A stretch of 64,000 bases of DNA from Neoconidiobolus thromboides FSU 785 (taxonomy: Eukaryota; Fungi; Entomophthoromycota), in contig MU626354.1 in assembly GCA_025603075.1 (NCBI GenBank), positions 1-64,000 on the forward strand, read 5' to 3'. The position numbers and the translations under genes were made by a program. The notes under the pieces were generated by a model. It worked only from the letters and a program-made list of their open reading frames with translations, was not told where the DNA came from and ran no database searches. Position 1 is the stretch's first letter; the number at the start of each line of letters is the position of its first letter. Shown here piece after piece: positions 59,920-64,000 of this stretch.

Positions 59920-60017
59920 GGGGATGTATTTTTTTGTTTAAGGATCTTACTAATAATTTTTCTGCTCAAATAGCGCTTAAAAATAGAGAAAGTAATGAAA
60001 TCAAAAAAAACATCCTC
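59920..60017 (+). mobile_element. MITE copy 16
   Basis: GGGGATGTATTTTTTT...AAAAAAAACATCCTC; non-palindromic ATAC/ATAC flanks. Confidence 0.95.
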
Positions 60018-60948
60018 ATACGTCTTTTTTTGTTGGAGAACGATAATTTTTATATATTTTAAATACTTAGAAAATAGGGGAATAATAAAAATATATATTC
60101 TTTAATAGCCTTTTTTTAATTTTTAGCCTTTACTGATTTCAAAAGTTTAAACCTAAGCCAGTTGGGAATTTTTTTTAAATTTAATCTGGTTTTCAAAACT
60201 CAGCTAAATTTATACTTCAAAGTTTCCATACTCAGACTGTTTAAATAAAAAAACTTAATAGCAAAGATATTAGCTTTTAAATAATGATAAACGTCTTTTA
60301 GCCATTTATAATGCCAATCAATACTATACCATTAGTGTTTTTCAACATGTTTTTGAATTCAAAAAAACTCTAAGTCAGCTAAAACCTAGTCAATTTGAAA
60401 ATTAATTTTACTTGAAAATTTTATGTCAATGTCAATAATGTTATGATCTTATTTTAATGAAAAGGAAGTGGGGTTAATCTGAGGAGAAATTGTAAAGTGG
60501 AAGATCTCCAAGTGTTAAGTTAATTGTCATTGCGAAAGGTAAAGACGGGGATTCTGAGATAGAGTCTAATATAATAGTAGCTTCGATCGAATCCCTAGAC
60601 TTAAGTTCCTAGATAATCAAAATCAGCTCATTAGTAAAAGAATTGTACAAGGAAAGGGATGAGAGTTGGAAGAAAGACTCGATTCAGTAAACATCCGTTC
60701 AGTGTGAGTAGCCGTCAGAGCTAAGAGAACCGTATCATCCAAGCAAGTACAGGTGGTAAAAGAAAACCATCAGGGAACTGACTTAGTTGGCTCAAAATTA
60801 ATCGGACATTTTTATCAGAGACAGAGGGGATATTAGTTAAGTATCAAAATAAAAAAGTATCTGCTTTATGAAATTTGCTTAAATGATATGAATTTGGCTG
60901 AAAATTTTTTTTATTTTTATTTCATTAAAATCTTCACATTTAATATAT

Positions 60949-61036
60949 GTAGCTGTTTTTTGTCTTAACACTTTATAATTCTTCTCAATTCAAACAATAC
61001 TTAAAATGGAAAAAATAATGAAGCGAAGACGTTCCT
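60949..61036 (+). mobile_element. MITE copy 17 (highly degenerate)
   Basis: Retains CTTAAAATGGAAAAAATAATGAAGC; flanks ATAT/GTAT. Confidence 0.6.
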
Positions 61037-61816
61037 GTATATTATATGTTATTATTTTGACTTAAACTTGACGCTCAAAACGTTCACATAATAAACCGCT
61101 TAATGGTCTAGAGCCTCAAGAGTCTTTTAAAAAAAATCAATGTTCAAAGCTACCTAGCATCGATAAATATTACACCTTTAATTAATATATGGATAGTCAC
61201 TATAAATAGTAAATTGTATTACAAAAATTTGAAATAAGCGAGAAAGATAGAATGAAGAAGAAAAATAAGATATTATTAAATAAATTTAAAAAATAAATAT
61301 AGATAATACCACTACTTTTAATAAAAAATATGGTAATAATTGAATTCCATATCACTAATTTAAATTAAAGTATAAAATAAGATATTGCCAAGTTTTTCAA
61401 TAAAAATAGAGAATTTCGTTTTTTTCCCATGACAAAGATATTCTATTCTGTTTATAAATTAGTGTAGTTGTTTAATTAATTTCATTAAGTAATAGCATTT
61501 AAATATAACAAGGAAGTAGAATACATTATAATAGAAACGAAGCTATAGAAGATAATTTAATTAAAATAAGGAATTTTTAATAAAATTATGTTGGGGAATA
61601 CATTTTTATTGGATATATCTATAATAAACAATCTGAACTATTCTTTAGACTTATTTTTATCAAGTAATCAGATCATGTAAGTATAAGATTACAACATAGA
61701 TATAACAAATACATGCTCACTAAAAAAGTATAAAAGGCCTCTAAAATATAGCAATATATCTAAAAAAACCTCAGTAACAAACTTATCTATATAATAAACT
61801 ATAACTCATATCAAGC

Positions 61817-62886
61817 ATGCTCTTAAGTTATAATAGTCCAGTCTTTATTGCCTTATTCTGTGGGATATCATTAATCCACCAATGTCAAGCTTCCGTAAGC
61901 AATTATAGCAGCGCTAATGCCATTGATAAAGGCAGCGCATCATCATCAGGTAATACAAAACCCAGATTAAATAACAGTATTGATGGAAATACAGTTGAAG
62001 AAGATTACTTTAAGGATTTGATGGAAAACTTGAACTATTTAAAAGAAAATGTGAAATTGGAACCACAGGAAGGCCCCACTTCACGTACTTTTGAACCACC
62101 AACTCAACTAAAAGTGAGTGATGTTCAAACTAGTAAATATTATGCTAGATTGGCTGGAGCTGCTTATTGTAATGATGCAAGTTTAAAGAGCTGGTCATGC
62201 TCACATTGTAAAGAAGCCCCAGTTCAGCATGTAGCCACTTATTTCGACAAGTCAACGGAAACTAAGGCTTATTTAGCTGTTGATAAAATCAAAAAAGCAA
62301 TCACTTTGGGCTTTCGTGGAAGTTCAACATTAAAGAATTTTGTCCAAGACGCCAAATATTTTAAGGATCCAATTGTATTCGATAAAAAACAATACAAAGT
62401 GCATCGCGGATTTAAACAATGTAGCGATCGATTATTACCAATGTATATTGACAAGTTAAAAGGTTTATTGAATGAACACAAAGATTATAAATTAGTTATT
62501 GTTGGTCATAGTCTAGGTGGTGCAATAGCTACATTAAGTACTTTAATCTTAAGACAAAATCTAAACTTGAAAGACGATAGGCTTGCAGTTTTTACTTTTG
62601 GTGAACCAAGAGTGGGTGATAAGGAATTTGCACGTTATTTGAATCAACAAACTTTTACTTTAACTCGAGTTGTTAATGGTAATGACATGGTTCCTCATTT
62701 ATCTCCACAGATTAAATTGTTATGCAATTGTTATAATTAAAGTGGGGATATATAGGTAAATGACAAGAAGGATGTATATTTTAGAAATAGCAATTTAGAA
62801 GACACTGATCGCTCTGTATCAAAATCGTATATTCCTTTGTTGAATGATCATTTATGTATTTAAGATATTAGATTGGGTAGTATATA
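61817..62886 (+). pseudogene. Secreted class-3 lipase with nonsense-disrupted C-terminus (open frame 61817-62740)
   Basis: Signal peptide, GFRGS, VHRGF, GHSLGG, FGEPRVG, DMVPHL. Frame continues through three stops to NDHL..IRLGS; the DHL catalytic His lies beyond the first stop. Confidence 0.8.
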
Positions 62887-62970
62887 AGGGATGCTTTTTT
62901 GATTTCGTTACTTTCTCCATTTTTTAAGCGCTATTTGAGTAGAAAAATTGTTAGTGAAATTCTTAAAAAA
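62887..62970 (-). mobile_element. MITE copy 18 (one end truncated)
   Basis: AGGGATGCTTTTTT...AAGCGCTATTTGAGTAGAAAAATTGTTAGTGAAATTCTTAAA immediately after the lipase frame. Confidence 0.88.
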
Positions 62971-63176
62971 AGGTGTCAATATTTTTTATTTATAATTTTT
63001 TTACAATGCCCATAAACACTATAAAATCTATCATCTAAAAAAATAGAACATATATAATATAAGTATATTATTTGTTAGTCTTAAGCCACTATCATTTGAT
63101 GCCTTAATTCTAATAGGAGCAGTTTGTAATGATAAAAAGCAAAATCTCAATACCAAACTATAATATAAATATATCT

Positions 63177-64000
63177 TTAATTTGTAAAATCCCATTTAGT
63201 ACAATCGGTACAATTAGATTTTGAGAAGCAATTAACATTTAAGGGTTTGGTATTATTCATCCACTGAACTAAAATATTATCAATAACACCAGCAATAGTA
63301 TGATGAAGTAACGTTTCAGACCATCCCAAATCCTTTTTGGTATCAAATACACATTTAGTAGCTGTGTGACATTTGCTATCCATCCCATAACCAGCAATAT
63401 AGCAAAGAGATAATGCACCATTGCTAAAATAGTAAGTAAAAATCACGTTTTATGTTAAAACTCAAACATTGACTTACCAAGTACCCAAAAATAGAGGATC
63501 TGCATTATTACCAAAATGAAAGATAGCTGGTTTTTGAGTTTTGTTCAACTCTAGACCAAGTCTTCTAGCATAAAGACGATCTGGTGGTGCCTCAAAAGTA
63601 ACTGCAATCTGGTCATATTTTAATGCTACTAATGAAGCCAATGCTCCACCCAAAGAATGACCCACCAAAATAAATTGGGCATTGGGGTATTTTTCTCTGG
63701 CTTCTTTATAAATTAACTATTGTAAAGATAACTGTTAACATTAACCCTCTTTAAGAAACTTGAAACAACATTACCTCTGCACCATGGAAATATGTAGTAT
63801 TTCTCTGAGCACTTTTATTTACACATTCGGTATTACACGTTTTATTATCTTTTGCACAAGAGCAAACTTTAGAAAAATCAAAATTAGTGACTCCACAACA
63901 ACAAGAAAACATTAGGTTATCTGAGTCTCTATCTGATGGACTAGTAGAACTATCACCACCTGGTAGATAAGGTGGTGAAGTACCTTTAAATGATATAACC
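63177..64000 (-). CDS. ATG15: Atg15-like vacuolar lipase, 3' part only (runs off window)
   Basis: GHSLGGALASL, TFEAPPDRLYARRLGL, HFGNNADPLFLG, CYIAGYGMDSKCHT, HHTI, terminal C..C..W.F; introns present. Confidence 0.9.

Noticed and set aside
60460-60830. GC-richer island containing CLDDTVLLA, resembling an RT YADD motif
   Set aside because: All frames are heavily interrupted and no second motif supports it; left unassigned.
403-62481. Many 60-110 aa ORFs antisense or out-of-frame within long genes (e.g. 912, 1243, 9536, 10309, 31649, 39333, 45966, 50158, 54347, 58447, 58842, 62269)
   Set aside because: Shadow ORFs inside well-supported CDSs with no independent motif.
35256-62886. RIP-like mutation inferred from CAA/CAG/TGG-derived stops in duplicated genes
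   Set aside because: Stop codons arise from these contexts by necessity (ascertainment bias), and the MITEs are shorter than the usual RIP length threshold. A full dinucleotide-context count would be needed.
62738-62886. Stop-codon reassignment or readthrough rescuing the lipase tail
   Set aside because: TAA, TAG and TGA terminate conserved genes normally elsewhere in the window.

Overview
This is a very AT-rich eukaryotic window with short GT-AG introns, most consistent with an early-diverging fungus (Entomophthorales/Conidiobolus-like; inference only). It holds about 22 protein-coding genes: multicopper oxidase, PMA1, START-domain protein, BZZ1, ISU1, Myb-repeat protein, RPC17, SWIB/SNF12, ASA1-like WD40, alpha/beta hydrolase, RIM15-like kinase, group II PLP decarboxylase, BRE/BABAM2-like, ZUO1, partial ATG15 and several orphans. 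It also holds one tRNA-Thr(UGU), two crippled paralogous class-3 lipases and a decayed tandem duplication. The main discovery is a coherent DNA-transposon system. A decayed Sola-type DDD transposon (12641-15133, GGGG...CCCC termini, ATAT target duplication) sits alongside 18 copies of a ~100-bp MITE with the same GGGG...CCCC ends and 4-bp, mostly AWWT, target duplications. The MITE has inserted into the transposase and into a lipase gene (both frames are restored on removal), and into target duplications left by earlier insertions, producing ~200-bp palindromic dimers. Exon models, alignments and family assignments were made by eye; no database searches were run.
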